A stretch of 64,000 nucleotides of DNA from Octopus vulgaris. Its lineage: Eukaryota. Of the stretch, positions 52,230 to 64,000 are shown one piece after another (position 1 is the stretch's first letter; every line of letters starts with the position of its first letter). Made by a program: the position numbers and the translations under genes. The notes under the pieces were generated by a model that was not told where the DNA came from, searched no databases, and was given only the letters and a program-made list of their open reading frames with translations. The DNA lies in the NCBI GenBank assembly GCA_951406725.2, contig OX597836.1:3038001-3102000 (forward strand), in the 5' to 3' direction.

Positions 52230-52890
52230 GCCGTCTTCTTCTTTACTCTCCTTCTTCTTCCTCGTCTTTCTCTTGCTCTTATTCTTATCCTTCTTTATCA
52301 TTATCATGGTCGTTAGGATCATCGTCACGTTCATTCATCATCATCGCTTTTATTATTATCTTCTTCTTATAGTAATACTACTGCTGCTCCTACTACCACT
52401 ACTCCTGTTTCCACCAGCATCATCACCACTACTGCTGTTCTCCTTCTTCCTCTTTATATACCCAATCTAATTCCGTCCCTTCTCCACTTTCTTCATTCCC
52501 TCCACCTCATTCAAACTTATCTCCTTCTTCTTCATCCCTTTACACAGATAAACTTTTTCTTAACATTATCCCTTCTCTTCTTCTATAACACAACCATTTT
52601 GCTCATTTTCTCTATTTTTTCTTTTCTTCTTTTCTAACCAACCTTTTTCATCTTTCTCTATTTATTCTCGTTCTTCTTATTCTTCTATGTATCTCAATTC
52701 TCTTCACTCGTTTTGAGTTCTGATTATTCCCTTTTTTTTATTTTTATTCACATAACCTTGTCTCTTTCTTTCATCTTTCCATTGTTTACCTCTTCTTCAC
52801 CTTTTTTCCTCCCATTCACTTATAGTCTCCTCTAAATTTACTTTCGCCATCTTGTTCTTCCGTTCCCCTATTTGTCCATATTCTCTTTAA
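52230..52890. repeat. Degenerate polypyrimidine / trinucleotide low-complexity tract
   Basis: CT-rich and G-poor on the plus strand. Confidence 0.8.
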
Positions 52891-52974
52891 AACGATACCA
52901 GATATATCGGTGGGCGCACATAACCTCATACAACTAGAAAGTGTAAAAACGCATACGGCAGGGGTTATTAGAGT

Positions 52975-53058
52975 ACAAATTGAAGAACGTAAACACGGAT
53001 GAAATGCCGCTAAACATTTTGTCCGGCGTCCTAACAATTCCGCCATTTCACTTCCTTA
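52975..53058 (-). mobile_element. SINE family A head fragment
   Basis: AGAACGTAAACACGGATGAAATGCCGCTAAACATTTTGTCCGGCGTCCTAAC is the reverse complement of the family A head. Confidence 0.7.
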
Positions 53059-53956
53059 AGTTGTCCTGATATTAAACACAAAACATGTTTGGAGGAGAGA
53101 ATTGTTGCCAAAGTTTGTACTGTTTTAAAAATGCAGCCTCATTTACATCCGTTGTCAAAATACCGTTACGTCTACCTAGTCGTTTACGACTTTATTTCTC
53201 GTTTTATGTATAATATGCACTTGTTTAAATGTTTAAAACATATCTAATTTGATAACCATACAATCGAAACCATACCTAACTTGACTATATTACAATCTAG
53301 ACTTATTTTACGAGTCTATACTTTATATGATGCACCTGAAATCTAAAACGGTCGATAAACAAGATCTCTTAGTTTCAATATATTCTAAATTTTTAGCGAG
53401 TTTCTTTTTTCTCCAAGATACACCGACATTGTTAAGATTAATTCATAATTAGTCAATAGCGTTCTTAATAAAAATTACTTGAAGTATGAAGTCTTGCCAT
53501 AGGAGCTATACAGGTATTTAAATTTCACATATACTGACCCGGGGTAATATTAGATTTTAAACCTCCTTCAACAAGACACTCCAAAATTTATAAACCTCAT
53601 ATAAATGGTTCGCTTCGATTTCATTGTCCGTACCTTCATATTGTATCGAACGCCTGTAGCGTGATCAGTAGCAAATCTCCCATCAAGACAACTTATATCC
53701 ATTTTGTTTCTATCAGAATATTATGAAGATATATTTCCCAAATGATATCTTTTTTCCATACACAAATTTACCATAGGACTAATTAATTCTAAATTAGTTA
53801 TAGAGCAATCTCGGTGATAATTATTTGGTTTAGTTAATTAAAATATGTACAGTGAAGTAGATGCGTGTCGATTTTTAGTACACACATATGCAAACACATC
53901 GCCCACACACATATAAGCACTCATATATATATATATACATAGGTATATATATATAC

Positions 53957-53996
<40 letters not shown>

Positions 53997-54271
53997 ATGT
54001 GTGTTGAGTTTTTGCTAAAGTAAGCTTTTCGAAAGCACTGTTTACAATATTGTTGCATTTCGTGATGTTCATTATTTCTTCTTTTGCCAAATAAACACAC
54101 GCAATATATATTTGTCATTCACTCGTTTATTATTCTTCTTGTTCTACCTCACGGCTGTGGCCTCTTCAGCGTCGCTTTCCGTTTTCGTGTGTGTTCTTTA
54201 TGAATAATATGCATACCTATATGTAGATGTATACGATGTGTATGTGTGTATATATATATATATATATGTGT

Positions 54272-54307
<36 letters not shown>

Positions 54308-54699
54308 CTAGATATATCTATATGTGTGTGTGTGTGTGTGTCTATACATACATAGATACACATATGCATACATACTTGCATACACGCGTACCTAATTGTG
54401 ACAATTTTGGGCAGGCCGGTCCAAAGCCTTGTTGACTTTAATTTAATAAGTCTATTCAGCTATTCAAGCCTGATTCTGCAGATCTAGATAATTAAATGCA
54501 TTTCAGCCGTAACAATTCCGTAATTGTACAAGGTGCAGTGAACTGGAACCTTATCTTTAAGACGCCAGGGCTTGGCTTGATGAGAGAAGTTGAATCAGAA
54601 CCCTATAAGAAATTTAAAGAGAGTTCTCATTGGCTCGTGTATTTATTTAATAATTGATAGCAATATATTAACTGACATTTTATAACAAGAAAGTGTCAT

Positions 54700-54753
54700 A
54701 GCGATTGGTGCTTGTTGTGTGACGTCATTAACATTTACTTTGAACTTTGACCA
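54700..54753. promoter_or_regulatory. Candidate cis-regulatory motif cluster (CCAAT box, palindromic CRE, nuclear-receptor DR1)
   Basis: ATTGG 54704-54708, TGACGTCA 54720-54727, TGAACTTTGACCA 54741-54753. Motif matches only. Confidence 0.3.
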
Positions 54754-55939
54754 TTCAGCACTTATTATCTTTTATCGATGAGGAAATGCTTGCTGTTTGG
54801 GTTTAATACGTATTATGTTCCGTATGCTTCTTGTATCGTTTCGGTGTTGAATGGTCTCACTTCAGCTGTAGAATTTTAAAAATCTATGATCAATGAATTT
54901 CAAGCTATCAAATGGTTTTCATTGCAATTTAATGCATCCCTGATTACATCATTCCTCTAATTGTAAAATATATGTCTCTTTAAAGAGTCATGAAGAATTT
55001 TTAATACATTGTTGCATGTTCCAAGAATAACTTGTCTACAACCTCAGACAACTGAAGAAACGTATTGAAGCTCCTGGTTTTCGCTTATTTTCTAATATTT
55101 CTATAGTAATTAGGCTTCGAGTTTTCGAGTTTAAAATAATTCTTCTGTTTACTAATGTATAGTTTTATTTTGAGGGTCGTTTCGATAACATGGTATTTCG
55201 TCCAGTATCCTGATAAGAACGAAAAGACTGCTAATAACCCTTATTATTCCAAAATACTTGCTATGATCACATCTCATAATCGTAGCTGAATTTCTTACTG
55301 ATTGTGTAGTTACTGGTTGTGATGACGAAGTTTAAGCTGAAGTCAATATTAATGTATCCATTTTACCATAGGCTCTATTTATGCAAAAGTGTAGTTAGGA
55401 ATGCAATCAGGAATGTATCATACTAACTTTCAAGACGAGACATAAATATGTACGTAGTATGATATGAACACAAATTGTTGCAAAGTGCAAGAGATAGAGC
55501 GAACAGTTTCATTTTTTTTTTAATTATAGAAACTATTTCCATTTTCGTTTCACGATAAATTGCTTCTATAAATGAAATTCTATCTTAGATTATTTAATTC
55601 TTGAACAAAGAACATAAGGTTTAGAATTCGAAACAAAACGAAATATTGTAATACAAATAATAACTGGATGAGGTGGGGAACGAGGGAGGAGCACGCCGCG
55701 ATTCTCTCTTGAAACAGACACGAAAAGCTGAGAAAGAAGCGGGGAAAAAAAAGGATACAAAACACTCATTGTTCCTTATATTCATTTTTTTTTGTTTCAT
55801 GTGTGTATGTGAAATTGTGCGTGATCGTGTTTGTGGGTATGTGTGGTTGTGTGTGTATGTTACACCTCACAAGATTTCCTTCTGTTAGAGGCACGATTAA
55901 CTATGTAGAAACATGTCAACAAGTGCAAGTGTATTCCTA

Positions 55940-56221
55940 TATACAGGTATGTATGTGTGTATATATATATATATATGTATGTATGCATAGATATACATAT
56001 GCATGTATATATATATGTATATATATATATATACTTATATATATGTGTGTATATATATATATACATATATATATATATGTATATATATATATGTATGTAT
56101 GCATATATATATATATATGTATATATATATATGTATGTATGCATATATATGAATATGTGTGTATATATATATATATGTATGCATATATATATATATATAT
56201 ATGTTTGTATATATATGTATA

Positions 56222-56279
<58 letters not shown>

Positions 56280-56590
56280 CATATACATACACATCTATAT
56301 GTACACACACATATACATATACATATAATGTAATTACTCGCATACACAAATATGTGTGAGCCTATGTGCAAGAATAGGTATGTAAGTATATAGATACAGG
56401 GATAAACATTTGTGAACAGTTACGTGTGTATATATGTATGTCTTATATATATATACATGTATATACATGTATATATATATATATACATATATATATACAT
56501 GTATATATGCACACAAGCATATGTATATATACACACACACAAATACATGTATATATATATGTTCCTATCTATCTACGCATGTATCTATAT
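55940..56590. repeat. Long compound (TA)/(TG)/(CA) low-complexity tract
   Basis: Directly visible. Similar tracts occur at ~600-1250, 4670-5360, 18000-18360, 21700-22140, 42530-42780 and 62660-63280. Confidence 0.95.
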
Positions 56591-57405
56591 ATGTAACAAC
56601 ATCACCGAACGTCATCGCAAGATATCATATCGCTGACATCTTAGTCTGCTCGCTGCAGGAAAGATAATTTCTCTATCATTCTCCGAAATCCTAATTAGCT
56701 TCAACACAATATTCGATTGCCTTCTTCTCTCTTCTCTATTCTTTTCTCTGCTGCGTTTATTTATTTATTATTATTTCCTTTGTTATCTACATTTTGGTAA
56801 TTCCATAGATATTCACACACACACTTGTCATCAGCTTCCGTTACAAATGTTCTTCATTTTATTTGTGATATTATATTTTTTAGTTATGGATAATGTGTTT
56901 TGTTTTGTGTGTATGTGTGTGTGTGGGGGAGCGTGTGTAATTCATTTCCGATTCTATATTTCTAATGTTGACGACATTTTTATTTACTTCTGTTGAACAT
57001 CATTATCACCGTTTATTGTAATCATCATCACTATCATCATAATAGTAATACCGCCACCAACATCCCCATCACCATTACAAACACCTCCATCATCATCACC
57101 ATCGTCAGCGCCTGTAGTATCACCATCGCAGCCGCCACCTTCGTCACTATCACCCCCACCACCACCAGCGGCAATTCCCCATAATTGCTGTAAAGTTACC
57201 GCGAATGGCGAGTGATATAGAAGCGCGTAGTACTGTATACCCACGCACACAGACAGACAGACATATGCATAAATATATATATATATATAGACAGAGGGAG
57301 AGAGAGAGAGATAAAGAGTGAGAGACAGACAGACACATAGATAGATAGGTATGTAGGTAAATATGTAGGTAGGTAGGTAGGTAGTTAAGTAGGTAGATAG
57401 ATAAG

Positions 57406-57479
<74 letters not shown>

Positions 57480-57715
57480 TACATGTATAAAATATGACAT
57501 GAACGAAACCAATCTGTTAGTAAATCAAAAACGAAGTAAAGAAATGAAAATTGCCGAACAAATTCAAATGCCAGGCAATATGGCGCCAAGAAACAAATTA
57601 ATTTGGGGCTCAGTATGATACCCCCATTTTGAAAATTGTAACATATTGATACTACTCAACTCCAAAGTGCTCCTGCATCTCCCTGTAATACCCAACACCA
57701 CCAACATCATCATTA

Positions 57716-57751
<36 letters not shown>

Positions 57752-58489
57752 GATATTTTACAAAGTCAGATGCTCTGCTGAACCAAACGCTCCTAAATAT
57801 ACTTATATATACTCATGTGTACAAGTATATTCAATATCTGTGTATTCATACACAAATATATTCATAGATTGATAGAGAGAGAGTGTGAGAGAGAGAGAAA
57901 GTGTGAGAGAGAGAGACAGAGAGATACAGAGGGTGATGCAAAGAGAGAAGAAGAAAGAAGACGTAGAGAAATGGAGATAGATTTGGATGGATGGATGGAT
58001 AACCACATTCATACTGATGTAACTACCACAGACATTGCATCTGCATATTCCGAGCGTAATCTCTCTCGTTGATATGTCTGTTACTATTCTCAGCAATGCC
58101 TCATATGATAAATTGAATTTTAAAATATAATTTACACTGCATCTCTTTTAGTTGCCAAACATAAAGCCACAAAGCTGCAGTGTTCATAATCCTCGTCTAT
58201 TTAAAGAATAATAAAGGATTCCAAATACGAAATCTCTTACTCAGTTATACTTGTTTCCTTGTGTGGAATGGAAATGCCTTCCTTGATCAGCAGTTCTCAT
58301 CCCGAGGAGCATGTGACCTTGCGGGATCCATATAATGGTTTGTTGTTAAAGTTTACGAGCAATAAACTAATTAAAGAGAATTATAATCAATTCATCTTGG
58401 GTAAATATTTCAATAAACAAACATGTTTTAATTCCATCCCACTTGTATAGATATGTATTGGGGGAAAAGTACAGACCACTTTGGTCATA

Positions 58490-58719
58490 AATGATCGTGA
58501 TATTGTACCAGAATGTTCCCCCGCTCCAAGGCACAAGTCCGGGTAAATTTATTTTTACAGGATCAACAGTCACCCATGCATACCAGCTGCCCACCTACAT
58601 GTCACCTATGTTATCCAACTCATTTCTACAGCTGAACACACAGCCCGGCCCGGGTATGGAACTCACTACCTGATGATTGTGAGCTTGTTGCACTCTAACC
58701 ACTGAGTTATGCGCCTTCA
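58490..58719 (-). mobile_element. SINE family B, internally deleted
   Basis: GGCACAAGTCCGGG...CCCATGCATACCAGC...CAACTCATTTCTACAGCTGA...CTCTAACCACTGAGTTATGCGCCTTC. Confidence 0.78.
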
Positions 58720-59176
58720 TAAATATATAATATGTACACTAAAGATAGACAGATAGATCTATAGACCGACAGACGACAAAAGGCGGATAGATGAATAGAA
58801 ATAGAGAGATAGATAGATATGTGGAGAGATAGATAAATGTTAAGTCACACATACATATGCACATGCCACTACACGGTTGTTGTTGATATGGAGAATGCCG
58901 TGGTGTGGTGGTATTTATAAGTATGATAAAGATAATATGCGATTGTCTGTGTTGTATGGACTTTTGATTATAGAGACATTGTGACGTCGTACTACATACA
59001 CACTCTTGAATGATTCCTGCCTGTAATTAAACAAAACTGTTCTGTTATTGTTGTTTACCGTCGAAATATCACATACTATATGAAGGTACGTCAATCTGCC
59101 TGTCAATCTATCAATTTGTCTGTCTGTCGGTCTATATATAATTCTCCATATGTATATACGTATGCATATATGTATG

Positions 59177-59304
59177 TAGATAGATAGATAGATAGATAGA
59201 TCAATCGATCGATAGATAGATAGATAGATAGATAGATAGTCAGACAGGCAGGCAGATAGATAGATAGATAGATAAGTTAGATAAGATAGATAGATAAGAT
59301 AGAT

Positions 59305-59375
<71 letters not shown>

Positions 59376-59462
59376 GTTAGATAAGATAGATAGATAGATA
59401 AATAGATAGATAGAATAGATAGATAGATAGATAAGTTAGATAAGATAGATAGATAGATAGAT
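59177..59462. repeat. Compound (GATA)n microsatellite with GATAAGTTAGATAA variant units
   Basis: Directly visible. Confidence 0.95.
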
Positions 59463-59821
59463 ATATTGATCTGAACGCTGATTCGAAACAAATATTGCTG
59501 TAAGTTGCAACAAGTGTAATTTTTCCAATGGAATCACGCAATCTGGTCGTGTTAGAGTTCGTTATATCTAATTAATTATTGGATTAATTAACAATACACA
59601 AATGAATTATGTATCTTGTGTGTCTCTATGGTGATTGGTATAATGACACGTGCAAAACACAACCCTATACGCACGCTGACATACATATATATACACACTC
59701 TTACATAGACTCATTTATACACATCCACACATAAATATGTGTATATAAATATATATATAGATGCCTCCATTCATACATATATACACACATATATATATTT
59801 ACATATATTTATATATATGTG

Positions 59822-59878
<57 letters not shown>

Positions 59879-60054
59879 CTAGATAGATAGGTGTATATAT
59901 ATATATAAATGGAGAGAGAATGAGAGATATTTTAATTATTATTGTAGATTATTATTTCCACATAATTTTGAATGTAATTATATAAAATTCACTAATGGAC
60001 AGATTCTATACCAAATGTAATAAATGTTGTTATTTGCTGATACGAAAAGAATAG

Positions 60055-61944
60055 CAGTCTCAGTCTTTCAAAATATGATTTTGATTCTCTTTTGGTGACT
60101 CTAACCAGAGTACCGACAGTTTTTTTAACAATATAAGTATTTGTTTATTTTTCACTGTTTTCTTTTCTTTCTTCAGGGTTTCATATTCCATCGGTTTTAC
60201 CCCGTTTTTTCCACAATTTTCTTGCTACAAACAGAAGCGATGTCTATAAGCATAGTTTGACCTTTCTTCCGTTCCTGCCGGTACAGACAGGGTTTTCGAT
60301 GTTTGATTCTACGATTACATTAGATCATAAAATCCCTCAAGTTACCACTCACATTATTTTCTCGCTTTTTCGAATCCAGAATTGTTACATATTGCTCATT
60401 CGTCAATTCTGGCGACATTGGCATGCCACCTTATCCATTCTCTTTGGGCCACTTACCAGCATTCACTTCAAACTCTGTATGTTTCAGCATCTACTGGTTA
60501 CTCAGTTTTGTGCATGATATAATTACAGCTTAATATTTGTTCCTGTGATGCACATAGCGTGGCCTCTGCTTCAGGTTTCGAGTCACTTTTTTGTAACGTA
60601 CACCTTTTATCTGGGTCTGTATCCTTCGAAATCTTTCTCCATAACTGACTGTCCATCTTAACCTTCCAGATGTTTTCCCTCTTCCATTGCATTCTATTTT
60701 CTAATTCACTGTTTTCCGTACATAATAGACCTGCCTTCATTGTACCAGTAAGGGTAAAGACCCCCTTCGGTCATGAATGACCATGGGATTGCACCTAGAA
60801 AGTTACCCTCCTAGACACGAGTCCGGGCAAGGTTGTTTATGGAAGACCAGCTGTCGCCCATGCATACTAGCCTCCCCTCTCCACGCCACCAGTGTTATCC
60901 AAGGGAAAGACAAAGGTCGATACAGCTTCGCACCAGTGACGTCGCAACTCATTTCTACAGCTGAGTGAACTGAAGCAACGTGAAATAAAGTGCCTTGCTC
61001 AAGAACACAACACGCAGCCCGGTTCGGGATTCGAGCTCACAACCTCACGATCGTAAGCTCGACGCTCTAACCACTGAGCCATGCGCCTTGTACCAGTATT
61101 CTGTATGTATCAAGCAACACTGTTTTCCCTTCTCTCTAAATGCAATACTTACATCTTATCAATCCCCTCCCGTCTTTCTCTAACGAAAGGCGTAGCTTAT
61201 CAACATTAATTTTCGAGTGGAATGCCCTGTGTATTGTCAGTAACTTCTTTGTCTTCTTATCCAAGAATTGTAGTTCCTATGTTCGAGATGACAGCACGCC
61301 AGCTCCATACCTGAAGAGGCCAATTGTCCGTAAATATATTGCGCAGAACTTATTTCTCCCTTTCAGTTTAGTTTTCAAAATAAATTTCTGCCTTCTGTAA
61401 AACTTCTGAGAAAATATCTTCATTTCTCTTCCAATAATATACCTGCTTTCAATGTGTCCAGGTATTTGTATTCTTTTTTGCCTGCTCTCTTCATTACCGC
61501 TTGCCTAGGCAACATTATACTATCTCCTTTTTGGATCTTACCTATTTTTACAACCAACACTCCACATTTTGCAGCCCAGCTTCCATACTAATTTTCCTGC
61601 TAAAACGCTGCCCTCTTTGATTCGATGAAGTCGGCCAGATTTCCTCTTTCACGAAGAGTTCCAGATCATTTCTTTCCTGGAAATCATATCCAGCTTTTGT
61701 GTTTCTCCAAAACAAAATCTGTGGTATCATACACAATATACAAAGCAATGGTGACAAGCTATTTCCTTGGAAAATTCCATGTTTCATGTTGACAAAGCCT
61801 AATCTTTTCCTACCCGATATGACTACAGAGGTCCATGCATTCACACTTTGGTACTCACGTTTATTATATTGTGTGCAATTCCAAATGTTTTCAAGGAAAA
61901 CATAATCCACGAATGAGGAACCATTTCAGGATTTCCGATAATCT

Positions 61945-61946
<2 letters not shown>
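60055..61946 (-). pseudogene. R4/Dong-like non-LTR retrotransposon (RT plus restriction-like endonuclease), 5'-truncated, decayed, interrupted by a SINE
   Basis: Collinear motifs: IDYRK..MVPHSWI, KHGIFQGNSLSPLLCILCMIP, GAGVL..ELQFLDKKTKKLLTIHRAFH..VDKL..DGRGL, KSDSKPEAEATLCASQEQIL, AQREW.RWHANVARI, DFMI.C.RRIKHRKP, MLIDIA, EYETLK. Confidence 0.9.
60751..61087 (-). mobile_element. SINE family B, full length, young, with 11-bp TSD
   Basis: TTGTACCAGTA at 60740-60750 and 61088-61098 flanks the element. Confidence 0.95.
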
Positions 61947-62165
<219 letters not shown>

Positions 62166-62511
62166 CAACACCATGTATGATATATGTGTGTACATCTGTG
62201 TGTGCGCGCGCATGCGTATGCACATTCCCAAAGCTGAACCATATCAATGTTATGGATGTTTTTAATCATACACGGATGCATAGAATCCATGAATTTGACC
62301 ATTTCATCGTATGAGATGTTGTTGAGAATAGCAGCAAAGATGGCGGCATTTTTCATAAGCTCTGTGTTGACAATCAGCGTAGCACAGAGCTGACCGAGGG
62401 AGGATTAACGTTATAAAACTTTAATACCAAAATATTGAATAAGTGTATGCAAGTTCACAGAAAGATAATATCATTGGTAAATCGATATACATCGGGGAGC
62501 GGAGAGAGTTG

Positions 62512-62543
<32 letters not shown>

Positions 62544-62683
62544 CGTGTATGAGTTAGTGTGTGAGAGAGAGAGAGAGACAGAAATTCGGTTAACGAGAAA
62601 TATATATATATGTTTGTGAAGTAATGAGAATCACAAACACAGACAGGCATACACAGATATATGTATTCGTATACAACAGTGTA

Positions 62684-62721
<38 letters not shown>

Positions 62722-63038
62722 TTGATGTAAGTATATGCATACACACATATATGTATATGCATGTATGTAAATTTATGTATATGAATATATATAGATACAT
62801 ACATATGGAGACATACACACGCGTATATATGTATATATATATATGTATTTATACACTATATACATATTTCTAGGTATACATATAATAAGTATGCAAATAC
62901 GGGTGTGTATATTTACAGACAAATACATGTATTTGTATAAGATACACATATGAAAACGTCTTTATACATATAAATACGATTATATACACTTGTATATGTA
63001 TGCATTCACAGATATATATATATATATATATATATATA

Positions 63039-63076
<38 letters not shown>

Positions 63077-63110
63077 TGTGTGTGTGTGTGTGTGTGTGTA
63101 TGTGCATATA

Positions 63111-63146
<36 letters not shown>

Positions 63147-64000
63147 TAATCCAAACAAGAAAACACAAACATATATATATATACATACATATATATACAT
63201 ACGTATAAATGTGTGTAAATTTATATGTAAATATATATATATATGTATGTATGTATGTATTTATATGCATATATATATGTTTGCGCTTGAAAGAGAGGGA
63301 AACCGGGAGCTGTACACACACACGGACACACAGAAAGTAAGGGGGGAAAGAGATGCTGCGATCATCTGAGAGAGAAATGTAAAAACGATAGAAGGAATGA
63401 GAAGGAGCGAATGAAAGGTCGATGTAGACATTAGGTGAAAGGTGAGGAAAACAAACAGACCAACGTGTGTACGAGAGAGAAAGCGAAAGCGAAAGTGGAA
63501 AAAAGCGATAGAGACGGACGTAGGAAATGAAAGCAAGTAGTATGAGCGATACGACGTGTTATTGTGAATATAGAGCGGTGTGTACGCAGGGAGTATCGGC
63601 TATCAACAGGGTTTATCAGATTAATGTATATTCCATAAACGTTAGGCCTGATGGAATCAACTGAATTAATAACCTTATATTATAACGCCTACGCACCGAA
63701 ATCTCAATGGACGTTTGTGTAAATGCTGCCGTTGTTATATTTACCGATGTATTTGTTGTTGTCCACGGTATTTTTTTGTTTAGTTGTTGTTGTTGTTGGT
63801 GACGGTGATGGTGATGGTATTTAACCACAGGTCATACCTGATTGAAAAGATACACGAGGAAGATCATAGTATCAAAGTAGTCAGCTATTTTGACCACATG
63901 CTCTTTTTAAATTGTGTTTGTATTTTTTTTCTGTTGTTCTTCGCTTCTTGTTTCTAGTCTGATGTTCTTAAAGCGGCCAACTAAGCACAAGAATATGTTT

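Noticed and set aside
56984-57589. 201-aa minus-strand ORF with a Gly/Asp-rich tail
   Set aside because: Composed of (GATA)n, (GA)n and degenerate (CAT/CAC)n repeats.

Overview
AT-rich, microsatellite-saturated eukaryotic DNA with no prokaryotic features. The SINE families and repeat landscape are typical of an octopus (coleoid cephalopod) genome; this is inferred from remembered repeat consensus sequences, not from a search. Almost all long ORFs in the track are translated microsatellites. Real content: (1) one candidate host first coding exon on the minus strand (4058-4314; hydrophobic signal/TM segment, ends exactly at a GT donor), so most of the window is probably upstream, intergenic or intronic. 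(2) About 30 copies or fragments of at least five tRNA-derived SINE families. (3) Decayed autonomous elements: a Penelope-like RT (10.4-11.5 kb), a Helitron Rep/helicase (25.5-27.0 kb) and two R4/Dong-like non-LTR fragments (3.6 kb; 60.1-61.9 kb). (4) Non-autonomous Helitrons. (5) Several minimal type-I hammerhead-ribozyme motifs of Penelope/retrozyme type. The most interesting signal is a young SINE subfamily that repeatedly lands at the same sequence (GGTATTTCGTY) inside the tRNA-derived head of its own relatives. One copy is flanked by a duplication of that target, and its 3' tail matches the 3' end of an unidentified ORF-bearing element at 7.9-8.6 kb. This is a candidate sequence-specific SINE/partner retroelement system. 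All alignments were done by eye.
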